DNA of 64,000 bases. Origin: Endomicrobiales bacterium (lineage in GTDB: Bacteria; Elusimicrobiota; Endomicrobiia; Endomicrobiales; CAWCFT01). The stretch spans positions 256,001-320,000 of the forward strand of contig CAWCFT010000001.1 in assembly GCA_963794945.1 (NCBI GenBank). The letters are read 5' to 3'. How positions within the stretch are numbered: position 1 is the stretch's first letter; the number at the start of each line of letters is the position of its first letter. A program made the translations under genes and the position numbers. Under the pieces are notes generated by a model that made no database searches, was not told the DNA's origin, and saw nothing but the letters and a program-made list of their open reading frames with translations. This document shows positions 9,169-18,495 of this stretch, piece by piece.

Positions 9169-9281
9169 ATCAAATATCAAAAATCAAATGTTAAAATTTC
9201 TGTGTCCGCCACAGCGAACGATTTAAATAACTCACTTAAAGTTGTGGATATATTTTTAATCTTTGATATTTGATATTTGAT
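9169..9281. repeat. Heptamer-arm inverted-repeat element E5 (TCAAA type)
   Basis: TCAAATA TCAAAAA TCAAATG TTAAAAT ... TCTTTGA TATTTGA TATTTGA; the arm encodes the last codons and stop of the upstream radical SAM gene. Confidence 0.8.
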
Positions 9282-10077
9282 CTTGCTCTACAACTATCCA
9301 CTGCGATTCTATGGGACAATAATCCTTCTCGCATGGCTGAGCAGCTTCGCAAAGCCTGAAATCCGGGTCGTCTATCCTTCCTACCGAACCGTTTGAATAC
9401 TGGCTGCACCTGTCAACTTTACCGTCGAAACGGATGACCGCGTAGTCCTTTCCCGCGCGGCACTGTTTGCCTTTTGGCGAAATATTCTGAAGCTGGTAGT
9501 TTATCTTATCATTACTCTTATAGGGGCTGATCTCTTCGATGATCTTCTTTTCTTTCTCCGAGTTGAGCGTAAACCCGTCGCCGCGCAAAGGCAGCGGTAT
9601 AAGGTTTATCTCCTGTTCCTTCAGCCTCGCGCTTCGCTCCGGCATTTCTTCTATCTGGGAAGGATGTGCGACATAATATATCTGTTTGTCCGAGAGATAA
9701 TCTCTCGCCTTCACGCACTTACCAAAGAAGACTTCAAAGTCCGAGAAGCTCGGATGAAATGTAGCCGATATCCTGAGCTCGCCAGGCTTGAAAAAAGGCG
9801 TTAATTCTTCAACGTCCCACGATAGGTTTGTGCAGATGTCGGGAACGTGCTTTTTAGCAAGCATCTTTATTAATTCATAGAACCGAGGATAAACCGAAGG
9901 CTCGCCGCCGGACACGAATATCCTGCAGCCGCCGTACATGTTATATATTCTATCCCAAACTTTTTCCCACTCAGCCGGCGAAAGTATCAAATCCTTTTCA
10001 GGATGGTCTTTCCATACGCCGCAATAGGGGCAAGCGTAATTACACCTGTGACAAAGATCCCAGCCAAAAGTCGTCAT
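9256..10077 (-). CDS. Radical SAM protein with a C-terminal Twitch/SPASM-like Cys cluster
   Basis: CNYACPYC, SGGEP, C-terminal CRAG..IRFDGKVDRC..C..C..C. Confidence 0.85.
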   Translation of the reverse strand: MTTFGWDLCHRCNYACPYCGVWKDHPEKDLILSPAEWEKVWDRIYNMYGGCRIFVSGGEPSVYPRFYELIKMLAKKHVPDICTNLSWDVEELTPFFKPGELRISATFHPSFSDFEVFFGKCVKARDYLSDKQIYYVAHPSQIEEMPERSARLKEQEINLIPLPLRGDGFTLNSEKEKKIIEEISPYKSNDKINYQLQNISPKGKQCRAGKDYAVIRFDGKVDRCSQYSNGSVGRIDDPDFRLCEAAQPCEKDYCPIESQWIVVEQDQISNIKD

Positions 10078-10114
10078 TGACGGTAAAAACTCCCACGCTA
10101 AATTTGTTCGTTTA

Positions 10115-10177
10115 TTTTAGCTATTTAGAGGGTGGAAGTCAAACTGCTTGACAGGGGCCGCATATATTCTGTAAAAT
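10115..10177. promoter_or_regulatory. Back-to-back divergent sigma70-type promoters
   Basis: Minus strand: TTGACT-17-TAAAAT (about 10142 to 10114). Plus strand: TTGACA(10148)-18-TAAAAT(10172). Confidence 0.55.
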
Positions 10178-10230
10178 GAACAACAATCTTAAAGAATTAA
10201 ATGTAGTTTTTTCGGAGAAATAATAATTTC

Positions 10231-11595
10231 ATGAAAGACATCACACGTAAATCCGTTTTCTTTTTCATATCGTTCCTGGCTGTCAGCGGTGTCGCTCTCA
10301 TCGGCAGCGGGTTGATCTTCAGCTCCGGCAAATCGGTCCATGCCAAGGAAGCTCCAGCCGTTATCCCACAATCAGTTTCTGTCTCAACCCAAACAGTTGT
10401 CGCCGTGCACCTCAAACCGAAATACGTAAGAGGCGTGCACCTAACATCATGGGTGGCGGGATCACAGAAACTACGCCAGCCGCTTGAAAAGCTTGTCGAA
10501 GAAACCGAGATAAATACGTTTGTTATAGATATCAAAGAGTACGAGGGCGAGGTCTACCTGCCGGGCTACAAAAAAGCCGACGAGTATAAATGTTTCACGA
10601 ACGCCATACCGGACGCTCAAAAATACATAGCCGAGCTTAAAAAGAAGAACATTTACCTCATCGCAAGAATAGTAACTTTCAAAGATAACCAACTGCCCAA
10701 AAGAAGGCCTGACCTCGCCGTTAAAGATGTGAACGGCGGCTTATGGAAAGACCGTGCCGGCCTCACCTGGCTGGACCCGTACAACAAAGAGAACTGGGAT
10801 TACAATATAGGCCTTGCCGAACACGCCGTAAAGATGGGCTTTGACGAGATACAGTTCGACTATGTCAGGTTCCCTTCAGACGGGAACATGAAAAATTGCC
10901 GGTATATCCAGCCTCACTCTTCCGTTACGGCTTCGGCAGCGATCGTTAACTTCCTCGAGGCAGCTCACAAGAGGCTAAAACCCCTCGGCGTCAACATAGG
11001 AATAGATGTTTTCGGGCTCACCACAACAGTAACTGGCGACATGGGCATAGGGCAGAAAATAGTGGAGATGACCAGGTGGGCGGACTTTGTGAGCCCAATG
11101 GTTTATCCCTCCCACTATGCCAAAGGCGAGTACGGAATACCCGACCCCAACAAAGCGCCGTATCACACGGTTTATCTCTCGCTCGAGAGTGCGAAAAGAA
11201 GGATACCTGTTTCAAAGATAAGGCCGTACCTGCAGGATTTTTCGCTAGGAGTTCACTATGGTTCGAAAGAGCTTCTTGAGCAGATACAAGCGTGCTACGA
11301 TAACGATGTAGCGGAATGGCTTTTGTGGAACCCTAGATGCGTTTACACTAGGCAGGCTTTTAAGTCGAAGGAATTTTCGGGGGTTTACGAAAAGAAACCG
11401 TTACCATCATATATACATCCAAGGAAGGCTCCTAACACAGTAGAGCTATCAACTGCTTCCGTTTTAGGAGTCGAAATATCATCGGCGGCGCTGAAAGACA
11501 CGCTAACCAAAGAATCAACTACAGCTTTTTTGGTTCCGCAGATACCGGCAGCAGATATCAAACCGTCAACTTCAACAACCGGCGCGGCCAAATAA
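10231..11595 (+). CDS. Putative glycoside hydrolase (DUF4015-like TIM barrel) with membrane anchor and S/T-rich tail
   Basis: VIDIKE, IARIVTFKD, GFDEIQFDYVRFP, SPMVYPSHY, RPYLQDF, WLLWNP. Confidence 0.85.
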   Translation: MKDITRKSVFFFISFLAVSGVALIGSGLIFSSGKSVHAKEAPAVIPQSVSVSTQTVVAVHLKPKYVRGVHLTSWVAGSQKLRQPLEKLVEETEINTFVIDIKEYEGEVYLPGYKKADEYKCFTNAIPDAQKYIAELKKKNIYLIARIVTFKDNQLPKRRPDLAVKDVNGGLWKDRAGLTWLDPYNKENWDYNIGLAEHAVKMGFDEIQFDYVRFPSDGNMKNCRYIQPHSSVTASAAIVNFLEAAHKRLKPLGVNIGIDVFGLTTTVTGDMGIGQKIVEMTRWADFVSPMVYPSHYAKGEYGIPDPNKAPYHTVYLSLESAKRRIPVSKIRPYLQDFSLGVHYGSKELLEQIQACYDNDVAEWLLWNPRCVYTRQAFKSKEFSGVYEKKPLPSYIHPRKAPNTVELSTASVLGVEISSAALKDTLTKESTTAFLVPQIPAADIKPSTSTTGAAK

Positions 11596-11603
11596 AGAGC
11601 TCA

Positions 11604-12149
11604 TCATTGCTTGACCAACAACACCTTTAGCAGCCCAATACTTTCAACTTTAAAACCTTTTGTACTTGCCAGTCCCAAAAAATCTTCAAAATCTTTGTCG
11701 GAAACATGCCCTTTAGGTTCGCTGAAATACAATTTTGCGCCTTTTTTCATGGCCGCGTATATTTCCGTGAGCAAACGGTCTTTATCAGGAACTTCGTGGG
11801 CCACGGCGAAAAGAAGCACGAAATCGAACGTACCGTCAAGGTCATGTATATTTAGCGAACTGGCTGTACACTGGCGCGGTTGGATCCTTCCCAACAACCC
11901 CGCTTTTAAAGCTCTTCTCGAAAGGCCGGACAGCATTTTTTCCTGCAGGTCAACGCAGACGACTTTTCCCGTTTCCCCTGTCATACGCGCCAGCGGCAGG
12001 CTGAAATAGCCCATGCCGCTGCCGATATCAAGTACGTTCATGCCTTCCCTTATATAAGGCTTGAACATTTTATCCGGATCGTTCAAAAACTTCCTTAACG
12101 GGCTAACAAGCCAGTAACCCAGCCACCAGGGACAAACGCGTTCGGCCAC
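11604..12149 (-). CDS. Class I SAM-dependent methyltransferase
   Basis: VLDIGSGMG, VDLQ..ML, FDFVL, HEVPD. Confidence 0.9.
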   Translation of the reverse strand: MAERVCPWWLGYWLVSPLRKFLNDPDKMFKPYIREGMNVLDIGSGMGYFSLPLARMTGETGKVVCVDLQEKMLSGLSRRALKAGLLGRIQPRQCTASSLNIHDLDGTFDFVLLFAVAHEVPDKDRLLTEIYAAMKKGAKLYFSEPKGHVSDKDFEDFLGLASTKGFKVESIGLLKVLLVKQ

Positions 12150-12176
12150 TTGAAACTCCTTATATATATGTATGAG

Positions 12177-12806
12177 CTATGCGGCCGGTGTTTGGTTCAT
12201 GGCCCTGATATGCCTGCGGATATACCAAAACGCACAGGCTAAAATGATGATACCTATCGCGGCATCGAACTTATGAAAATATACCCTGAGCGAATCCCAA
12301 TTCTCGCCCATTTTCACTCCTATCCAGGTGAGCAGAAGGCTCCATATATATGAACCGATAAAAGTGTAAGCTATGAAAGTTGACATCTTCATTTTAGAGA
12401 CGCCTGCCGGGAAAGCTATAAAAGTCCTTATTACTGGAAGCAGCCTCGCGGCAAATACAGTGATATTGCCCCAACGAGCGAACCAGCGGTCTGCCATGTC
12501 GAGGTCGTGGTGCGATATTAGGATGTATTTCCCATATTTTACTATCCATGCCCTGCCGCCCCACGCCCCTGCGTAATAGGCTACTATGGAACCCAGCACG
12601 CAGCCTATGGCGCCCATGAGCGCGACAAACCATATATTAAAGTGACCGGTAGCGACAAGGTACCCTGAAAACGGAAGAATAACTTCAGAGGGGAGCGGTA
12701 TACACGCGCTTTCTATGGCCATCAAGAGGGCAACGCCCGCGTAACCCATTGAATTGATAACACCTATAATGAACGCCGAAAGATAACCCAGACAATGCTC
12801 TACCAT
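12177..12806 (-). CDS. DedA family membrane protein
   Basis: ESACIPLPSEVILPFSG, ARLLPVIRTFIAFPAG. Confidence 0.93.
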   Translation of the reverse strand: MVEHCLGYLSAFIIGVINSMGYAGVALLMAIESACIPLPSEVILPFSGYLVATGHFNIWFVALMGAIGCVLGSIVAYYAGAWGGRAWIVKYGKYILISHHDLDMADRWFARWGNITVFAARLLPVIRTFIAFPAGVSKMKMSTFIAYTFIGSYIWSLLLTWIGVKMGENWDSLRVYFHKFDAAIGIIILACAFWYIRRHIRAMNQTPAA

Positions 12807-12849
12807 TGAAGCTCCTTTATAGCAAATTGCAATTTTGATAAGCTTTCAT

Positions 12850-12878
12850 ATTTTAATACAACCGTCCGTATTTGTCAA
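12850..12878 (-). promoter_or_regulatory. Sigma70 promoter for dedA
   Basis: TTGACA (12878-12873), 17-nt spacer, TAAAAT (12855-12850). Confidence 0.7.
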
Positions 12879-12880
12879 AT

Positions 12881-13257
12881 GGGTCGCTCGGGATTGATTT
12901 TTAAAAAGACGGCGGGTATCGCAACCCGCCTTGACTTTGGCGGCTCCAGTAAGCAAAAGTTGCCGCCAAAACACTTTTTATAAAATCAATCCGTCGCTCC
13001 GCGGGTGAGCAAACACAAATCCTTTATCAGTCAAGGATTCGTGTCTGACTACTACACTTAAGAGACTTTCTAAATGCCCTTGGCGTAGACACCCCCGAGT
13101 TCTGACTGAAAAAGAACGCTGGGGGTGCTCACCCACCGAGCGCGGATAAAGTTTTCAAAAATGCCTCATGGCCGCGACTTTACATGCACAAGCGGCCGTG
13201 TGGAGCGGAGGAAGTGTGGAACGCCCCGTCTTTTTAAAAACTTTATCTGCGCGACCT
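12881..13257. other. Two diverged inverted copies of a ~165-nt multi-hairpin unit (candidate ncRNA or non-autonomous element)
   Basis: Copy A 12881-13046 and copy B 13087-13257 share TTTTTAAAAAGACGG, GGGTGAGCA, TT[AT]TCAGTCA and GTGTCT. Their stems differ in sequence but still pair. Confidence 0.75.
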
Positions 13258-13284
13258 CTTTTTGAAAATTATTTCGAGCGCCAT

Positions 13285-13313
13285 TTGACAAATGAAAAAT
13301 AATTTCTTATAAT
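13285..13313 (+). promoter_or_regulatory. Consensus sigma70 promoter for the hydrogenase operon
   Basis: Perfect TTGACA(13285)-17-TATAAT(13308). Confidence 0.8.
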
Positions 13314-13594
13314 CTTCAAACAATTTATTTACCTGCTCCTTAAAACACTTAAAGAGTTTGATTTTGGGTTTGCGGTCCGCAGGCTTGGCAAGGTTTACAA
13401 AACCCTGCAAGTTCGAAGGATCGGGACTTTTTTGTTTACCCGGTACCCCGCATCAATATCGCGCGGGCCATAAAAGCAAGGCACACTCAGGCAATTACAC
13501 TCCTCAGAACACGCCTTGAAACATCCGAAGACAAAATTTTAGGCAGCATTTTTAACGGACTACTTGGGCCGTTTTTATTTTTGCACATAACACT

Positions 13595-15035
13595 ATGAAC
13601 ATGAAACTTCTTATCATACTCACGATCTTCGTTCCGGTCCTTGGCGCTTTCATACTGCCTCTGGTGGGTTCAATATCTGAACGCCTCAGGAATGTTTCGG
13701 CTCTTGTCTTTGTGCTTACCTCACTTATATGTTCCTTTATAATGATACCATCAGTACTTTCCGGTCAAATAACAACCATTACACTCACACTGCCCATGGG
13801 ATTTAACTTCGTCCTCACGGCCGACATGCTGGCGGTTTTTATGGCGATAGTCTCTTCGCTCATCGGATCTATTATCGTCCTCTACTCTTTTGACTATATA
13901 AGCCACTACGAAAACCGCAACGAATACTATTTAATGGTAGTGCTCTTCCTTGGCTCCATGATGGGCATAGTTTTTTCGGCTAACCTTATATTCCTCTATT
14001 TGTTCTGGGAAATAACAGCCATAGCGTCTTGGAGGCTTATCGGTTTCTTCAGGGAAAAGAACTATGTACTCAAGGCAGATAAATCGTTCCTTGTGACCGC
14101 CTTCGGCGCGTTCATGATGCTTCTTGGTTTTATACTTGTTTACCAGCAGACAGGCTCTTTCGACCTTGCAGCCATTAAGGCCGTAATGAAGGTAAGCCCC
14201 TTGAGCAGTTTGGCCGTTGGCCTGATACTCTTCGGCATACTGTCCAAGTCCGCCACGCTTCCTTTCCACACATGGCTGCCGGACGCAGGCGTAGCGCCTT
14301 CACCCGTTACCGCCCTTCTTCACGCGGCCGTGCTTGTCAAGATAGGTGTTTACGTTTATGCGAGGCTTTTCATCTGCACTTTCTCTATTAACCCCATATG
14401 GCATAACGTCGTACCCATAATCGCCGGCTCAAGCGCGCTTGTATCAGCCGGAGCTGCGCTCATTGAAACAGAACATAAAAAGAATTATCGCTTATTCGAC
14501 TGTAAGCCAGATAGGCTTCATATTCCTCGGCCTTTCAGTTGGCGGAGAAATAGGCGTTGCAGGCGGGCTCCTATACATATTAATGCATGGCATAGCCAAA
14601 GGCGGCCTTTTCCTTTGTGCGGGCATTGTTGAACAGAAGACGCACATTAAGGATATAACCAAACTCGGCGGGCTAATATATACCATGCCGGTCACTGCCG
14701 TATCTTTCCTGTTATGCGCTTTCTCTGTTATGGGCATTCCCCCTTTCGGCGGCTTCTGGAGCAAATATATGGTAATAACAGGAGCGGTCTCCGCAAGACA
14801 GTTCACTATAGCGTCTGTTTTCATCGTGGGCGCTTTTTTAACGCTTATATATCTTTTTAGATTGTTCATGATGGTCTTCCTGGGTGAAGAAAAAGCCTCC
14901 AACCCAAGGGAAGGTTCAGTAACGATGGTTTCAAGCGTGGCCGCACTGGCGTTCATATCGCTTTTAGCCGGCGTGTTCATAAACTATATTGCCGGCCCGG
15001 TGCAGTTGACAGTGAAACAGATGTTGGGAATATAA
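13595..15035 (+). CDS. Antiporter-like subunit 1 (MrpA/MrpD, NuoL/M/N family); apparent +1 indel near 14472
   Basis: FWEIT, KSATLPFHTWLPDAGVAPSPVTALLH, KRIIAYSTVSQIG, GIPPFGGFWSK, spread over two joined ORFs. Confidence 0.88.
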
Positions 15036-15128
15036 ACGGCAGCTGTAAGCTATAAGTTTTAAGATATAAGCAGGCAAAACTTTGATTAAAAGACTTTTCT
15101 TACAGCTTACAACTTAAAGCTTATAACT
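15036..15128. repeat. Heptamer-arm inverted-repeat element E6 (TAAGCT type)
   Basis: 15038-15076 matches the reverse complement of 7617-7655 at 35 of 39 nt; right arm CTTACAG CTTACAA CTTAAAG CTTATAA. Confidence 0.85.
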
Positions 15129-15151
15129 GGTTTTAACACTGGTATTAAACA

Positions 15152-16975
15152 ATGGACATATTACTATACCCAATCATTATTCCGACGATAACGGGCCTTT
15201 TGTGCCTGCTGGTGCCTAAGAACGTCAAAGGCGTCAAGGAAGCTCTTGTGCTTATAGGAGCGACCCTTAACCTGCTCCTCTGCGTTTTCCTTTTCGATAA
15301 AGAGCTTACGTTCCTTACTCCCTGGGGCGGGTTTGGTTTCGACTTTTCCTTAAGGCTATTTCACTTCAGCTCTTTCATAATGCTGGCAGCAGCAGGATTT
15401 ACGTTCCTTATAGTCCTTTACTCAACAGTGTTCATGTCCGGCAAAAAGTTCGCGAGCCAATTCTTCTCATATATGCTTATCTCGACCGCGATGGTCAATG
15501 GCGCCGTGCTTGCCGACAACCTTGTGGTCATGCTGTTTTTCTGGGAAGGCCTCTTAGGAACACTCTTCGGCCTCATAATACTTGGACGCAAGGAAGCCTA
15601 CAAGACAGCTATAAAAGCTTTCGTGATCGCCGGTATAACCGACCTCTGCATGATGCTGGGCATCGCGCTTACTTATCACATATCTGGAACTTTCGCAATA
15701 TCTAAGATATCAATCCCCCTTACACTCGGCGGGAGCTTTGCTTTCGTGCTTCTCATGATCGGCGCCATATCTAAAGCGGGCTCGATGCCTTTCCACAGCT
15801 GGATACCGGACGCGGCCGTAGACGCCCCGCTTCCCTTCATGGCATTTCTGCCTGCATCACTTGAAAAACTGTTGGGCATTTACTTGCTCGCGAGGATATC
15901 GCTTGATATGTTCCAGTTCACTGCGGGCTCGACCGTCAGCATGATAATGATGATAGTCGGTGCAACGACAATTCTACTCGCCGTAATGATGGCGCTTATA
16001 CAGAAAGATTTTAAACGGCTTCTATCATATCACGCAATAAGCCAGGTCGGCTACATGATCCTCGGCATAGGCACGGCGCTTCCCGTTGGCATTGTCGGTG
16101 GACTCTTCCATATGATAAACCACGCCATGTACAAGAGCTGCCTGTTCCTTACCGGAGGATCGGTTGAAAAACAGGCCGGCACAACTGACTTGAAACAGCT
16201 CGGCGGCATAGGCAGATATATGCCGGTGACATTTATATGCTTTATAATAGCGGCGGCCTCGATCTCCGGCGTCCCGCCTTTTAACGGATTTTTCTCAAAA
16301 GAGCTCGTCTATGACGGCGCGTTAGAACGCCACTGGATATTCTACGCGGCGGCTCTCCTGGGCTCGTTCCTGACGGCGGCGTCATTTTTGAAGCTCGGCC
16401 ACGCGGCCTTCCTTGGCCCCGTGAAAGAAGAGAACAAGAACGTAAAAGAAGCTCCCTGGCAGATGCTTATTCCTATGATAACAATAGCCGCTTTCTGCGT
16501 GTTGTTCGGAGTTTATAACTATCTTCCTTTAAACAAACTGATACAACCCATTCTCGGCGCTAGGCTTGAAGGCCACAATTTCGCCGGCTTCAATGTAAAC
16601 ATATTCCTTGTGCTCGGCACGCTTGTAGCTTTGACACTAGCGTTGATAAACCACCTTATAGGTGTAAAACGCTCTGGCTCCGGCCTTGGCGCTTCAGACC
16701 ACATTCATTATGCGCCGGTTCTTGGCGCCATTTATGACAAAGCGGAAAAACGTTGCTTCGATCCTTATGACTTAGGCCTGATGCTCGTTGCAGGAGTCGC
16801 AAAAACAGCATTCTTTGTTGACAGATCCATAGACTGGATATACGAAGGCTTTACGGTTACAACCGCATACGTTTCTTCATGGGCGGTAAAATCTTTGCGC
16901 GGTTCAAGCTATGCGATATTCATAGCCTGGTCGCTTGTAGGTGCGGCAACTGTAGTAGTGATACTTTTTCATTAG
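15152..16975 (+). CDS. Antiporter-like subunit 2 (NuoL/MrpA-like, long C-terminus)
   Basis: FFWEG, KAGSMPFHSWIPDA, KRLLSYHAISQVGY, GVPPFNGFFSK. Confidence 0.9.
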   Translation: MDILLYPIIIPTITGLLCLLVPKNVKGVKEALVLIGATLNLLLCVFLFDKELTFLTPWGGFGFDFSLRLFHFSSFIMLAAAGFTFLIVLYSTVFMSGKKFASQFFSYMLISTAMVNGAVLADNLVVMLFFWEGLLGTLFGLIILGRKEAYKTAIKAFVIAGITDLCMMLGIALTYHISGTFAISKISIPLTLGGSFAFVLLMIGAISKAGSMPFHSWIPDAAVDAPLPFMAFLPASLEKLLGIYLLARISLDMFQFTAGSTVSMIMMIVGATTILLAVMMALIQKDFKRLLSYHAISQVGYMILGIGTALPVGIVGGLFHMINHAMYKSCLFLTGGSVEKQAGTTDLKQLGGIGRYMPVTFICFIIAAASISGVPPFNGFFSKELVYDGALERHWIFYAAALLGSFLTAASFLKLGHAAFLGPVKEENKNVKEAPWQMLIPMITIAAFCVLFGVYNYLPLNKLIQPILGARLEGHNFAGFNVNIFLVLGTLVALTLALINHLIGVKRSGSGLGASDHIHYAPVLGAIYDKAEKRCFDPYDLGLMLVAGVAKTAFFVDRSIDWIYEGFTVTTAYVSSWAVKSLRGSSYAIFIAWSLVGAATVVVILFH

Positions 16976-16995
16976 TTTTATTTGTTTGTTCTATG

Positions 16996-17055
16996 AAATC
17001 AAATGTCAAATATCAAAGATCAAAATTTTGATTTTTAATTTTTAATTCTTGATTT
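16996..17055. repeat. Heptamer-arm inverted-repeat element E7 (TCAAA type, almost no spacer)
   Basis: TCAAATG TCAAATA TCAAAGA TCAAAAT TTTGA TTTTTAA TTTTTAA TTCTTGA. Confidence 0.75.
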
Positions 17056-17065
17056 GGAGGTTTTC

Positions 17066-18490
17066 TTGGCCTGGCTGTTCGTTTTTATTCCCATTCTAGC
17101 CGTAATGTTCCTCAACCTTCCCTTCGGGCAGGGTTTTAGGAAATTTGCGCTTCCGGCGTCCATAGCGCTTGCCGTCGCGCAGGTTTTTTTCATACTGGTG
17201 CCGCCGCAGTGCACGCTCGCGTTCGGCGCCTGCCCGCTTTGCCCTTTCATTTTCCGCTCGCTTGACCCGCTCGGCAAAATAATGATGCTCTCAATAGGCA
17301 TAGTAGCTTTCACCGCCATTATAACCGGCTGGCACCTGACCGAGTCCGAGAACAGGAAATTCGATTTCGCTAACCTCATAATATTGTCTATGGGCGGAAT
17401 GAACGGCATAATACTCTCCGGAGACCTCTTCACACTCTACGTTTTCCTTGAGGTTGTTTCGGTGGCGTCTTTCATACTCATATCTATGGACAAGAACAAG
17501 GCCTCGCTAGAAGGCGCTTTTAAATACATTATGCTTTCGGCTGTGGCGACTATTCTTATGCTTTCCTCAATAGCGCTCGTTGTAATGCTTACCGGCGGAA
17601 CGTCTTTTGAGAGCGCGGCCCTTGTCATGAAACAGGGTTTGCATATGCCTTTGGGAATACTCGCCGCTGGCCTTTTCCTTACAGGACTTCTTATCAAAGG
17701 CGGAGTTGTCCCGTTCCACGGCTGGCTTCCAGACGCGTATATGTCGGCACCGGCAGGTGTCTCTATATTCCTTGCAGGCATAGTAACCAAGACAAGCGGT
17801 ATTTATACAATAATTAAACTTACGTCGGCGGTCATAGGGTTCACCGGCCCGCTTCAGACAGTGCTTCTTGTTTTCGGCGCCCTTTCGGCAGTGGCAGGGG
17901 CGCTTGCGGCGCTTTCGCAAAAGAATTTCAAGAGGATGCTTGCGTATTCGAGCATCAGCCAGATGGGATATATCCTAATGGGAGTTGGAGCGGCAAACCC
18001 GATAGCGCTTGTGGGTGCGGCGTTCCATTTGTTCAACCATTCGATATTCAAGACCCAGCTTTTCGTTAACTCGGCTGCCGTAGAAAAGAGCACTGGCACT
18101 GTAGATATGGACAAGCTCGGCGGCCTCTCAGAAAAGATGCCTGTTACAGGAGCGACGTCGCTTGTGGCATTTCTTTCTACAGCCGGCATACCGCCTCTGG
18201 CCGGCTTCTGGAGCAAACTTCTCATAATAATCGGACTTTGGATGGCGGGATATAAGGTTTACGCGCTAATAGCAGTTCTCGTGAGCGTTGTCACACTTGC
18301 CTACCTGCTTTCGATGCAGAGACGGGTATTCTTCGGCAAGATATCATCCGAGCTTTCGCACATCAAGGAAGCCGGTATTGCACTGACACTACCCGCTGTA
18401 ATTCTTACTCTTATTACCATAGGCGCAGGCATATTCTTCCCGTTCGTGTTTGAAAAACTGATAATGCCGGTAAAAGCTCTATTAGGTTAA
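17066..18490 (+). CDS. Antiporter-like subunit 3 (MrpD/NuoN-like)
   Basis: LYVFLEV, EGAFKY, PFHGWLPDAY, KRMLAYSSISQMGY; TTG start at 17066 behind GGAGG. Confidence 0.9.
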   Translation: MAWLFVFIPILAVMFLNLPFGQGFRKFALPASIALAVAQVFFILVPPQCTLAFGACPLCPFIFRSLDPLGKIMMLSIGIVAFTAIITGWHLTESENRKFDFANLIILSMGGMNGIILSGDLFTLYVFLEVVSVASFILISMDKNKASLEGAFKYIMLSAVATILMLSSIALVVMLTGGTSFESAALVMKQGLHMPLGILAAGLFLTGLLIKGGVVPFHGWLPDAYMSAPAGVSIFLAGIVTKTSGIYTIIKLTSAVIGFTGPLQTVLLVFGALSAVAGALAALSQKNFKRMLAYSSISQMGYILMGVGAANPIALVGAAFHLFNHSIFKTQLFVNSAAVEKSTGTVDMDKLGGLSEKMPVTGATSLVAFLSTAGIPPLAGFWSKLLIIIGLWMAGYKVYALIAVLVSVVTLAYLLSMQRRVFFGKISSELSHIKEAGIALTLPAVILTLITIGAGIFFPFVFEKLIMPVKALLG

Positions 18491-18495
18491 CACCA

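Noticed and set aside
6054..9281. Heptamer repeats as a CRISPR array
   Set aside because: No 23-47-bp identical repeats with unique spacers, and no cas genes in the window.
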